Shown here in pieces: positions 8,740 through 18,459 of a stretch of 64,000 nt of DNA. The notes beneath the pieces were generated by a model. It saw only the letters and a program-made list of their open reading frames with translations. It was not told the origin of the DNA and did not search any database. Each line of letters opens with the position of its first letter. Position 1 is the stretch's first letter. The position numbers and the translations under genes are program-made. The DNA lies in IMG/VR virus record IMGVR_UViG_3300028920_000022, positions 248,001 through 312,000 of that record. One strand, written 5' to 3'.

Positions 8740-9552
8740 ATGTCTATAAGCGATAAGAAACTACCATTAGATGGGAATGCTTGTCTTTTAAGCAAATTAG
8801 CTACAGATTATGAGACATTAGCGACAGACGAGGGATTATCTGTTGTAGAGGCATTATTACCTAAAACCAGGCGATACATTATACAGCACAAGCAGGAGCC
8901 GGGAGGGATAACGCGGGAGGCGCGGAAGGCGGTTTGGCGTTCGATGCAACCTGGGTTCAAGAAGGTTGCGTTTGACACTCGTAGAATTGATCAGGAGAAC
9001 GATCGGAATCCCCGCACTAATTTACAATATTGGCAACGGAGCCAGCAATTTTTGGATTCAGAGTTACAGGCAAAGATCAATATATTTGGTAAAGTATTGG
9101 GAGTATTAAAAGGAATCAAAGAATCATTTGGTACAGAGCCTGAATATTTTGAGAGTCACTCTCGTGTATTATATGATCAAATAGAGAGGGTATTAAGGAT
9201 CAAGCAAGGGGATCAAGAGATATTTCGACCGCAGGTAGCATATTTGGAGCAATTATTATATACACGTTATAGGTTGAGTACAGAAGAAATTGTACGCATG
9301 AGTGATGACATATTACGTCGTCGTATATTGGACAAGGACGAGGCATTATTAAAGCGAGGAGTTTACATTAACGAAACGGGCAGGGAGCAAGTCAAAATGT
9401 CGTCCAATCCTATTGTTATAGATGGGAACAAGCGCAACACGCAGCAGAACATAATTGAGGCGATATTTGGCAACACAGAATTTCGCAGGGTAGGGGAAAA
9501 GAAGGTAGAGAGGACGATAACCATTACCATATGTGATGAAGTAAAGGAATAG
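8740..9552 (+). CDS. Hypothetical protein
   Basis: In-frame ATG 8740 (MSISDKKL) preferred over TTG 8722 because it follows the promoter motif; helical, charged protein. Confidence 0.65.
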   Translation: MSISDKKLPLDGNACLLSKLATDYETLATDEGLSVVEALLPKTRRYIIQHKQEPGGITREARKAVWRSMQPGFKKVAFDTRRIDQENDRNPRTNLQYWQRSQQFLDSELQAKINIFGKVLGVLKGIKESFGTEPEYFESHSRVLYDQIERVLRIKQGDQEIFRPQVAYLEQLLYTRYRLSTEEIVRMSDDILRRRILDKDEALLKRGVYINETGREQVKMSSNPIVIDGNKRNTQQNIIEAIFGNTEFRRVGEKKVERTITITICDEVKE

Positions 9553-10164
9553 ATGTCGGTAGGGTTTCACACTATATTTCCCAAGATATGTCCTACAGTA
9601 TTCAAGGTAAGAAACACAGCACCTGGCAACAAGAGGATTCGCATATTTAATTATCCGATAGGGAACGGCAAAGTACGGGATTTATTAGCGATACCATTTG
9701 TATCCGAGGCTGACATTCGGCATGAATTACTGAAGGGAAATCTACGTATTAAGTTAGAGACGCGGGAAGCGACGGTAGTAGAGAGCAACATAGACTTATT
9801 ACAATTTGACGATTGTCAAAGGGCATTTTTGGAATCTGTTGGGGTAACAGATGGTCTTGAGGTTACGGCTGACATTCCGTATTTATTCCGTCAAGAGATA
9901 GAGCTAGTAGGTGACAAGAATAATAGCAACAGGATTTTCACGGTACCTGTAGGGGACAAGTTTATACAGGGCACGTTAGGAAACAACGAGTTTCGTATAT
10001 TAGTTAAGCATAATGGTAGAGATTTAGTAGAAGGCATTGATTACATCGTATCTGAATCTGGTGGATCTGGCACTGGTTATGATACTGTAGTATTTACGTC
10101 ATTTGTTCCTGAATCGGAGGAGGACGATGTTATTGTTGCCGATTATGTAATTAGCGCGGAATAA
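9553..10164 (+). CDS. Putative virion structural protein
   Basis: C-terminal GDKNNSNRIFTVP...NGRDLVEGIDYIVSE...VVFTSFVP...VIVADY pattern typical of beta-rich phage virion domains. Confidence 0.55.
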   Translation: MSVGFHTIFPKICPTVFKVRNTAPGNKRIRIFNYPIGNGKVRDLLAIPFVSEADIRHELLKGNLRIKLETREATVVESNIDLLQFDDCQRAFLESVGVTDGLEVTADIPYLFRQEIELVGDKNNSNRIFTVPVGDKFIQGTLGNNEFRILVKHNGRDLVEGIDYIVSESGGSGTGYDTVVFTSFVPESEEDDVIVADYVISAE

Positions 10165-10165
10165 C

Positions 10166-11668
10166 ATGCCCACACTGAGGAATTTATTAAGGCAGCATTT
10201 AGACATTGCCGGCTCTAAAAACCATGCAGCAAATCTATCTTTAACTGATGAGCCATCTTCTTTAGGAACGCCAGTTGCTGGGCAAACTGGTGTTGTTGCT
10301 TCCATTGTAGTTGGCGTGTCTGTGGTTGTGTCCGGATTAACTGGAATGACCACCAACAGTGTTGGGCGATTTCTAGAGATTTCTGGAGCCAACACTATTG
10401 GTAATAATGGTACGTTTCGTATTCTTAGTTTTATTAATGCCACATCTGTAACCATTGAAAATCTTTCTGGAGCTACGGATGCAAACAACGGAAGCATTCA
10501 TTGGGTAGAGAGATTACCTTATACACTGGAGACAGATTTAAACTACATACGAACTGATCGTGCTGCTATTAAGGGGGTTGGGTACAGTCAAGCTATTCCA
10601 ACGTACATTAGAGATTCTGACACTACGCAATTGATTCCAGCAAATTTGGCGAACATTGCTGGCAAGACCACTGATGCCACATCATTATTGTATTATATTA
10701 GGAGCATAGACATTCCGGTTACGACTGGAGATACATATATTTTGTACGAATCTCCTGGAAATTTACCATATGCATATGCGGTTGATTTAACTGGAATACC
10801 GGTATCTGATGGATATGATAGTGGTAATGACAACGCCACAGAGGCGGTTATTGTTGATGATAGTAATGGGGCGGCGTTACGGGTTTTAGCTGGCGCATAT
10901 GCTGGGCAATTAATTTATGGTCGTATACGTGGTGGAATATCTGGTGTTGATGGTGACAGTTTCGAGGTAGAGTTTAGGTCAGTAGATGACGGTTATGATT
11001 TGAGCACATCGGTAGCGTACACATGGGAAGCTACGCAAAGCGATTCTATTGGATTATTTTATCCATACCGAGAGAGAATTGATCGTTTACCCGAGTATGC
11101 ATTTAAGCCTCCAGTAAGCAGTGGTGGAACCAGCACTAGTGTAGTTGGTGGTGACTTATCGGGATCTTTACCGAATCCAAGTGTAGTTGATTTAACCATT
11201 ACGGGGCAGCAGTGGGGATCGGTATTATTTCATGATGGTCTTAGTTGGGTGGCGATGGGTCCTGGGACTGATGGTTATGTATTAACCACACATGATACAT
11301 TTGCAGATCCAACATGGACTGAGCCTCCTGGGGCATCTGGTGGGATAACAGCCAATCAGCACAGCGCATTGCGTCAATTGATACATTTAGCTGACGGGGT
11401 AGGCGGACCATTTGAGGGGTTTGTTTCTGGCACGTACAGGGAGATTTTACCAGCGGAGGATCCATTTCCTACGCAAGTTATTTGGTGGGATTCTGCAGCC
11501 AAAAATAAGAAGATTGTGGAGAAGGTTTTAACCAGGAACGGGCAACAGTTACCAACAACTACGCAGTGGAAGGTATATAATTCAGGAGGCGCGGTAGAAG
11601 CGACAGTTACGGATACAATTACCTATTCTGGGGTATTTGAAGTTAATAGAACAAGGACGGTTAGTTAA
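10166..11668 (+). CDS. Putative virion structural (collar/appendage) protein
   Basis: 500 aa, Gly/Thr/Ser-rich beta composition, coupled to neighbours; 3 DGY motifs. Confidence 0.55.
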   Translation: MPTLRNLLRQHLDIAGSKNHAANLSLTDEPSSLGTPVAGQTGVVASIVVGVSVVVSGLTGMTTNSVGRFLEISGANTIGNNGTFRILSFINATSVTIENLSGATDANNGSIHWVERLPYTLETDLNYIRTDRAAIKGVGYSQAIPTYIRDSDTTQLIPANLANIAGKTTDATSLLYYIRSIDIPVTTGDTYILYESPGNLPYAYAVDLTGIPVSDGYDSGNDNATEAVIVDDSNGAALRVLAGAYAGQLIYGRIRGGISGVDGDSFEVEFRSVDDGYDLSTSVAYTWEATQSDSIGLFYPYRERIDRLPEYAFKPPVSSGGTSTSVVGGDLSGSLPNPSVVDLTITGQQWGSVLFHDGLSWVAMGPGTDGYVLTTHDTFADPTWTEPPGASGGITANQHSALRQLIHLADGVGGPFEGFVSGTYREILPAEDPFPTQVIWWDSAAKNKKIVEKVLTRNGQQLPTTTQWKVYNSGGAVEATVTDTITYSGVFEVNRTRTVS

Positions 11669-12036
11669 TGAGTGATAGCCCTGCTGTAATTTTGTATGAT
11701 CCTAATGGTAACGAAGTAACCATACGGGACGGGTATGAGGTTACGGCATCTCAATCGGGTGTGCCTATAATTGGGGTAGACAGTGATGGGTATGCTAGAA
11801 TCTTACAATTAGATGGTACGGGAGCTATAGCTACGGTAAGTGCGCCGAAGACCAAGCGATTTGAGGTAGCGTCAACCACAGTGACATACATTGGATCTGC
11901 AGTAGTGGGTTCGTCGGAGGGTGATGCGGTATGGTCGATAACCAAGTTAATTACGACAGTAGACGGGGATCCGGTTTCCGCCAAAGTTGCATTAAATGCT
12001 GTATGGGATAATCGGGCAGCGGAGGTTTATCTGTAA
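11668..12036 (+). CDS. Small putative virion protein
   Basis: 122 aa; YIGSAVVGSSEGDAVWSITK...WDNRA resembles small phage structural proteins; 2 DGY. Confidence 0.55.
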   Translation: MSDSPAVILYDPNGNEVTIRDGYEVTASQSGVPIIGVDSDGYARILQLDGTGAIATVSAPKTKRFEVASTTVTYIGSAVVGSSEGDAVWSITKLITTVDGDPVSAKVALNAVWDNRAAEVYL

Positions 12037-13760
12037 TGGCATTTCCATCTGGATGGTCACGTAAGTGTCCGATTACAATTGATGCCAGCATGGTAACTGG
12101 CGATATTGTTTATGACCTTATTGTATTACTTGATCAAAGAGCTTTTCCTACAGAAATGATTACCGGTGGAGGTGGAAACGCTTGTCAAGAAGGAGGCGGT
12201 GATTTACGATTTTCAGCTGATGATGCCGGTGTGGAACAGTTGGCGTGTGAAATTACCCGGTGTGAATTGGATCCTACTCCGGACAACAGTAGAGTTATGT
12301 GTTATGTTCGTGTTCCGAATGTTTCTGATACTGTTGATACAACATTTTATGTTTGGTATTCAAACAGTGTTGCGACGATGCCAGACGCGGATGACCCATA
12401 TGGTATGCACAACGTGTGGAATTCTAGTGATTTAACCGCTCCAACATTTTATCATGTTTATCATTTTAACGACGATCCTACTGGTCCCCAACCGCCGTTT
12501 AGCGATTCAAGTACAAGTGGTGATGGTACGTACAGCAGCGCAACGTTAACTACATGTGAGGGGTCATCTGATGGAGTACCTGGCAGGGGAATTGATTTTG
12601 AATCTATAGAAAAGTACATTTATCTGGACGACGGCGTTACTACGGTGCCTGGGACAGGAGATTTTTCTGTACTTTATTTTACCAATTTCGACAACGCCGT
12701 AGATGCATTTTATGGGTGGCAAGAATATGATGACGATACTTTTTTTACTTATGGAAATATTTATTATTCCCCGTGGACCAACTTTCGTGTGTGTCTGGGC
12801 AACATAAATGCCCAAAATACCTTTATGATTGGTGATGATTTTAGTGGGAATAACACCATTGGATTCGCCAGAGATGGCGATGACGTTGATGTTTTTTTTC
12901 GAGGAGATTTAATCACTACTTATACTGGTTTTGCTGCTGCAAACGTAGGCGCATCATCCAGTCGAACGCGATGGTTGCAACAATACCACCCAATAAATGA
13001 TGCAAAATTTTATGAGATATGGTTTTTCGCAGTAGCGATCAATTCTTATTATAACCAAGTACTTTATAGAAACTTCACTGACCTTTCAACATATATATCG
13101 GCGGGAACGCCTGAAGCAGCAGCAATTGAAGCTGAAATATATTTTGACGGGCTTCATGCCGGCTCTGAAGTTAGAGTTTATGAAGTCCCGCATGCACAGA
13201 TTTGGACATGCGAATGTGTAGGTGATGTGTTAGGAAGTCTTGGCGGGACGTATATGACTTTTGAGGTACAGAATGCTTCTGATACTACATCTTATTATGC
13301 TTGGTTTGATGTCGATGATGGTTATGTGGATCCCGCGCCAGCAGGTAGGACAGGTATTGAAGTAGATATATCCATGAATGATTCTGCCGAAGATGTAGCG
13401 AGCGCCTTATCTTCCGCAATTGATGGGTATGGGAACATGACGGCAACTGTATCATCCGACATTGTTACGATTACTAACTTGATAAATGGGGAAACTTCGG
13501 AGCCGCTAGATGTTGATACGGGGTGCACAGTTACTGTAATTCAATTGGGAGGAACCAGTATTGCTGAAATAGATGGTATTGAAGTTAGTACGGGTTCTAG
13601 CTGGACCGCTACATACCAAGTACTTAGACCCAGGAGATGTTTAATAGTAATACATTCTATTTATTATAGCTACATTAGGTATCAAACAGTACTTTCTTTA
13701 GCCGGTTTATTGGTTCCGGCGGGAGTATTACAGCGGTATGATAGGAATTATAGTACCTAA
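12036..13760 (+). CDS. DUF2341-domain / LamG-like virion protein
   Basis: N-terminal GWSRKCPITID...GDLRFS...LACEI...YVRVP...FYVWYSN matches the DUF2341 pattern, followed by a lectin-like beta region; 2 DGY. Confidence 0.65.
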   Translation: MAFPSGWSRKCPITIDASMVTGDIVYDLIVLLDQRAFPTEMITGGGGNACQEGGGDLRFSADDAGVEQLACEITRCELDPTPDNSRVMCYVRVPNVSDTVDTTFYVWYSNSVATMPDADDPYGMHNVWNSSDLTAPTFYHVYHFNDDPTGPQPPFSDSSTSGDGTYSSATLTTCEGSSDGVPGRGIDFESIEKYIYLDDGVTTVPGTGDFSVLYFTNFDNAVDAFYGWQEYDDDTFFTYGNIYYSPWTNFRVCLGNINAQNTFMIGDDFSGNNTIGFARDGDDVDVFFRGDLITTYTGFAAANVGASSSRTRWLQQYHPINDAKFYEIWFFAVAINSYYNQVLYRNFTDLSTYISAGTPEAAAIEAEIYFDGLHAGSEVRVYEVPHAQIWTCECVGDVLGSLGGTYMTFEVQNASDTTSYYAWFDVDDGYVDPAPAGRTGIEVDISMNDSAEDVASALSSAIDGYGNMTATVSSDIVTITNLINGETSEPLDVDTGCTVTVIQLGGTSIAEIDGIEVSTGSSWTATYQVLRPRRCLIVIHSIYYSYIRYQTVLSLAGLLVPAGVLQRYDRNYST

Positions 13761-13792
13761 GCATAAAAAAACATATTTATTGGAGAAAACAT

Positions 13793-16201
13793 ATGGCAAT
13801 TGTAGTAGACCCAGACAACCTAGATAGACACCAAGTAATATTTGGTACCGAAAACCAGCTTATTTCTTTATATGACGTAGGTGATCCAGTATATGTGGAT
13901 GGATACGATGTAACGGACGGATATGCGGTAGCGGGCACGTTAACGTTTGAATCGGGACTTTCTACGTTTCAAACTGATGGCGTAGCTGCAGATGATATTT
14001 TATGTATATTAAATACTGTAGATGCCGGGCACTATATAATAGCTTCTGTTGATTCTGAGACGCAACTAACCGTTTCTACGGATGGTTATTTTGTATCTTT
14101 TACTGGTTCAGATGGTTATTGTATTTTTGATATTCGTGAACCTACTGGGGGATCCATTGCGGATGGCGTAACGGAACAAGCAATTTATTCATTTTCCAAA
14201 GAAGAGTGGAAGACCGATACACGATCTACTGTTTTAGGTGATGATTTGATCAGACACCCAATTCCACTGGAATCAATTACTCGTGAACAGATGGAAATTG
14301 GTGGTGGTGAAACACATGAAGATTGGAACTGGTTTAACGACTATACAGTAAAGAAGATTCGTACAGGTGGATGGGCAGCCAAGAATACCGCAGGTACCAC
14401 ATTAGAAGAATGGGCTGGTATTATTACTTTAGGTGATTTGGATACTGATACGCAGGTGTACTATCAAACCACTAGCGCCACCACTAACCCTAATGATTTT
14501 TCCTTTACTGGAGCAGTGAACGAAGCTATTCAGACTTACGATAATACTGGCGGAATTGATTATCGTAGTTATTTGAAACTTTTTGCTCGCAAAAAGGGAA
14601 AGACATATGCCACATCAGAAATTTCTGATATTGGTGTAACAACTATCGAAACGATGGTAAACCGGTTCCCATTGGCGCATTCAACTGACGCAGCTATTGA
14701 TGATACTGATGCCGAGATATTAGGAACAACGCCTTATAGAAATACAGCCAGTGTTGCTTCTGGGGCGGATGGCGCAAAAACTATTAATGGTGTTACATTT
14801 ACTTCAGCGACAAACTTTGCTGCCGCCGGGGTTGCGATAGGAGACACTTTAAGGATTACGTCGGGTAATGAACAGGGGTACTATACAATATCTAACGTAG
14901 TTACTACAACATTAACCATTGGCACTGATTATGAATTTTCTGATTGGTCATATACGGAAAACTCTTTAGCGTGGACTGTATATTCAACCAATCTATTAAC
15001 TGGTAGCACCGATGGACAACTAGATAATGTCGACACCAATACAGGAACATTAAGCTCTGTAACTGGTGGATTTACTGCGGCAGCTATTGCTGAGGACGAT
15101 CTTGTTATAATTACAGAAGCTGGTAGTAATTATCGCGGTGTATACAAAGTTATTTCTAATGATTCTGATAATCAATTAACTATAAACACTGTTGATAGAC
15201 CAATACTAGCGCAGCAAACCAATGTTAATTTTTATGTTGTCAATCCGGGAATGTATTTACAATATAAGGCTGATTCTGTAGTTTCGGGACCTGCGACAGG
15301 AAATCTTACTTTTACTAACGCCAACCCAGATACAATTGGTAGGGCGTCGGGCAGCTGGGTAGGAGATGGTGTTACTGCTGGTGATATTATTACTATCAGC
15401 GGTTCTACTAGCAATGATGGAAGTTATACTATTGCTACTGTAGCAGCTCTTACATTAACCCTTGTTGCCACTGACACTTTAACTAACGAAACTGTGACAG
15501 GAGGGTTGGGTTCTGGAGTTACTGTAATTAGTCCATTTAAGAGAGATATTAATAGTGTTACATACGGGTTTAGGTGGAGATTGCTTGGTAATGATGCTAC
15601 TTTAAGTTACGCTTACCAATTTGTGCAGCATCAGTTGCGACAATCCACGGATATAGATTGGGGTCCAGGCACAGCACGGGGCGATGTTACGAATGCCCTT
15701 TTGACATATGCTAGTCCAACCGGTACCACTTTAGACATGTATATTGACGATTTGTCAGCTACAGATTTAAACAATGTTACTTGGACTGATGCTACTGGAG
15801 AAACAAGAACTGAACCTTATGTGGCAGCTGGCACTATTTCATTCAACGTTAATTTACAGAATGATGCTGACGCTGAATATACTATGTTCTTTACCAATGA
15901 TAATGCTGGAGATGATACTGGCAGGGATTTTGGTACTCCAGAGGCTATTATCGTACAAGATGCTAGCAGCGTAGATATTTCTGGTAATGTGTCTGGTGCC
16001 ACCAGTGTATCTTTTACGTACGATTATGATGGAAATGTTCAACGCGGCGCAGCCAGTGCCGGGGTAGATGCTCCAGTGACTATTGTGGCAATTGGGTTAG
16101 AGACTGCACAATATGTATTGCTTACGGGGACCATTACTAGAAGTAAATCTAACAACTTCTCATTGGTTGCCAGTTTAGAGAGAAACTATAATAATCCATA
16201 A
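13793..16201 (+). CDS. Large virion structural protein
   Basis: 802 aa, Thr/Gly/Asp-rich, with repeated GD(I/L/T)xxIxxxxNxGxY beta-barrel-like units; GGAG RBS; 4 DGY. Confidence 0.65.
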   Translation: MAIVVDPDNLDRHQVIFGTENQLISLYDVGDPVYVDGYDVTDGYAVAGTLTFESGLSTFQTDGVAADDILCILNTVDAGHYIIASVDSETQLTVSTDGYFVSFTGSDGYCIFDIREPTGGSIADGVTEQAIYSFSKEEWKTDTRSTVLGDDLIRHPIPLESITREQMEIGGGETHEDWNWFNDYTVKKIRTGGWAAKNTAGTTLEEWAGIITLGDLDTDTQVYYQTTSATTNPNDFSFTGAVNEAIQTYDNTGGIDYRSYLKLFARKKGKTYATSEISDIGVTTIETMVNRFPLAHSTDAAIDDTDAEILGTTPYRNTASVASGADGAKTINGVTFTSATNFAAAGVAIGDTLRITSGNEQGYYTISNVVTTTLTIGTDYEFSDWSYTENSLAWTVYSTNLLTGSTDGQLDNVDTNTGTLSSVTGGFTAAAIAEDDLVIITEAGSNYRGVYKVISNDSDNQLTINTVDRPILAQQTNVNFYVVNPGMYLQYKADSVVSGPATGNLTFTNANPDTIGRASGSWVGDGVTAGDIITISGSTSNDGSYTIATVAALTLTLVATDTLTNETVTGGLGSGVTVISPFKRDINSVTYGFRWRLLGNDATLSYAYQFVQHQLRQSTDIDWGPGTARGDVTNALLTYASPTGTTLDMYIDDLSATDLNNVTWTDATGETRTEPYVAAGTISFNVNLQNDADAEYTMFFTNDNAGDDTGRDFGTPEAIIVQDASSVDISGNVSGATSVSFTYDYDGNVQRGAASAGVDAPVTIVAIGLETAQYVLLTGTITRSKSNNFSLVASLERNYNNP

Positions 16202-16212
16202 AGGTAAGACAA

Positions 16213-16707
16213 ATGGAAGATAAAAAAACACATGCCACACCGGAAATGTCGGCTTTGATTTTAGAAATAGAAGAGGCGCGAAAAAAAGACACCGAAATGA
16301 TCCAAAAACACCAGGCTCATAGAAATCGTGAAAAAAGAGAATGGAAGGCTAAAACCACTCAGGAACAAAATGAGCTGATAAGAAAAGGTATGGGATATAA
16401 ACCGAATGATGGTAAAATATCAAGCAAATGGGTAAGAGCAATACGTAGAAAAATACGATATAGAATATTTAGAATTAGAGAAGGCAAAGAACAATATGAT
16501 AAAGGATTAAAAGCTTGGTTTGAGTTGCAATTTACGGAGGATATGAATTGGGGAAATTTTACTTTTGATTGGGATGTTTCCCCTAGTGATCCTCTTAAAG
16601 TAATTACTCCAATGGAATGGGTGAGTTCTGGCGGAGATTTGGTGACATTGCCGGGCAGCAAAGTGAGAAACTGTGATCCTCCGGCTTTTACTCGGCAAGA
16701 AATATAA
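16213..16707 (+). CDS. Hypothetical protein
   Basis: 164 aa ORF with AAGG RBS. Confidence 0.6.
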   Translation: MEDKKTHATPEMSALILEIEEARKKDTEMIQKHQAHRNREKREWKAKTTQEQNELIRKGMGYKPNDGKISSKWVRAIRRKIRYRIFRIREGKEQYDKGLKAWFELQFTEDMNWGNFTFDWDVSPSDPLKVITPMEWVSSGGDLVTLPGSKVRNCDPPAFTRQEI

Positions 16708-16716
16708 TGGTTCGGT

Positions 16717-17175
16717 ATGAAGGTAACATTTGATGGATATGAGAAAATTATTCATGTTGTGGATGGATATACCGAATTAGATTTTGATGAAGATATTTAT
16801 TCTGAATGGAAACGTTGGGTATTAACCGCCCATAATGATGGATATTATCAAGCTTTAAGGGTGGTTGGCGGAGACCCTATTACAGGTACCCAAAATCTGG
16901 GGTCCACCTTTTTCTTAATGAATGGATGGGTGATTCAAAGCTGGGAGGGGGATCATGAATTGGTAATAGATGGAAACTTCTATCATGATGATGGAATTGC
17001 TCCCGTTATTCCTGTAGATGGACCCTATACGGTTTTGGTTACTAGAAAAGTTTCAAACTTGATTGATCAGATTATTACGGAAACCGGCGGATTAACCGAA
17101 GAACAGGCAGACCAATTAGAAGCCACTTGGAAGAGAAGTAGCTTAATTATTCCCATTTTTAGTAATACCAGTTAA
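16717..17175 (+). CDS. Hypothetical protein, probably virion-associated
   Basis: 152 aa; 3 DGY in the first 43 residues. Confidence 0.6.
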   Translation: MKVTFDGYEKIIHVVDGYTELDFDEDIYSEWKRWVLTAHNDGYYQALRVVGGDPITGTQNLGSTFFLMNGWVIQSWEGDHELVIDGNFYHDDGIAPVIPVDGPYTVLVTRKVSNLIDQIITETGGLTEEQADQLEATWKRSSLIIPIFSNTS

Positions 17176-17186
17176 TATTCGAGCAT
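17174..17186 (+). promoter_or_regulatory. Candidate late promoter AATA-N5-GCAT
   Basis: AATA TTCGA GCAT overlapping the upstream stop, followed by a hairpin-rich 150-nt leader. Confidence 0.5.
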
Positions 17187-17343
17187 TGTTGTCGAGAAGC
17201 CCTTGAGGATTTTCTATTAGATTTTCTAATTAGTTTTTCAGCTCCGACTGAGGTAGCGTAGCCCGGAGCGCCCATTTTAATTAAATGGGTTTAAAAATAA
17301 TAAAAAAATACACAAATACTGTAATCGCTACATTGGAAAAATA

Positions 17344-18456
17344 ATGGATCCGATATATCTTGATGCGAATGCGCATGTTCCTTTAAGCAAAAAGGCACAA
17401 AAAGCATATATAGATTTCCAAAACTCTGTTGCCGGGCATGGACATCCTTCTTCACCTTCCCGGGCAGGACAGTTGGCAGCCGGGGAACTGGAAACCTCAA
17501 GAAGCAAAATAGCTACCCTTTTGGGAGCCAAAACATCCCAAATCGTCTTTACCTCCACCTGCTCCCAAGCCTGTGAATGGGGTATGCATATTTTAACGAA
17601 TCAATTAATTAAAAACCCATCACCCAGATTATTATTTTATTCTCCAATTGAACATTCTTCAATTAAATCAGCAATAGATTATTTTAAAATAAAACATTCT
17701 TCTTCGAACCCTATACATTTTAGTCAGCTTGGGGTTAATAAAAGTGGGATAGTTTCCGTTTCTTCTGCTCAAGGGGCGGTAGTTTGTATTCATGTTCAGA
17801 ACGAATTGGGAACGATTCAACCGATCGAACAGTTCGGAAAATGTATGTTACTTACCGATATGTGCCAAAGTATCGGAAAAGTTTCAATTAATCTAAATGA
17901 ATCTAATATAGATATTGCTGTATTTGGTGGGCATAAATTCGGGGGATCTGCGGGGTTGGGTTTTATTTATTTGAAAGATATAAAATGGTGGACAGAGTTT
18001 GGTACCGGTAGCAGATATTATAACGATCGTGCTGGCACTCCTGATGTTGGAGCTGCAGTTTCAACCGCAGTAGCATTAGAAGATGTTTTGATGAATATGC
18101 CAGAACGTTTATCAAAAGCCAAACAATTTCAAAATAGTTTGGAGCCCCGTTTAGAATCAATGGGGATAGAAATAATCGGTAAAAATGTACCTAGAGTTCC
18201 CACTACTACGTTTATTAGAGTACCAGATGTGGCAATGCAAATTTTGTTAGATCTATCTAGTCAAGGAATTTTGGTTGGGTTGGGTTCGGCTTGTGGATCA
18301 ATGCATACCGGACCTTCGCCTTTAATGCAAGCTTTGGGACGCCCAGGTGGGGCACACGACTTCATTCGTATCAGTCAACATGGGGAATATGGTCAAAAAG
18401 AAGCTCTCATGGTAGCTGATGCTTTTTACAAATCATGGCAAAAATACAGGAGATAA
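17344..18456 (+). CDS. iscS: Cysteine desulfurase (IscS/NifS-like, PLP class V)
   Basis: IYLDANA, HPSS, IVFTS, IEHSSI, QNELGTIQP, DMCQ, GGHK (PLP lysine), GTPDV, GSACGS (catalytic Cys) and FIRIS motifs all present in order. Confidence 0.88.
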   Translation: MDPIYLDANAHVPLSKKAQKAYIDFQNSVAGHGHPSSPSRAGQLAAGELETSRSKIATLLGAKTSQIVFTSTCSQACEWGMHILTNQLIKNPSPRLLFYSPIEHSSIKSAIDYFKIKHSSSNPIHFSQLGVNKSGIVSVSSAQGAVVCIHVQNELGTIQPIEQFGKCMLLTDMCQSIGKVSINLNESNIDIAVFGGHKFGGSAGLGFIYLKDIKWWTEFGTGSRYYNDRAGTPDVGAAVSTAVALEDVLMNMPERLSKAKQFQNSLEPRLESMGIEIIGKNVPRVPTTTFIRVPDVAMQILLDLSSQGILVGLGSACGSMHTGPSPLMQALGRPGGAHDFIRISQHGEYGQKEALMVADAFYKSWQKYRR

Positions 18457-18459
18457 TAC

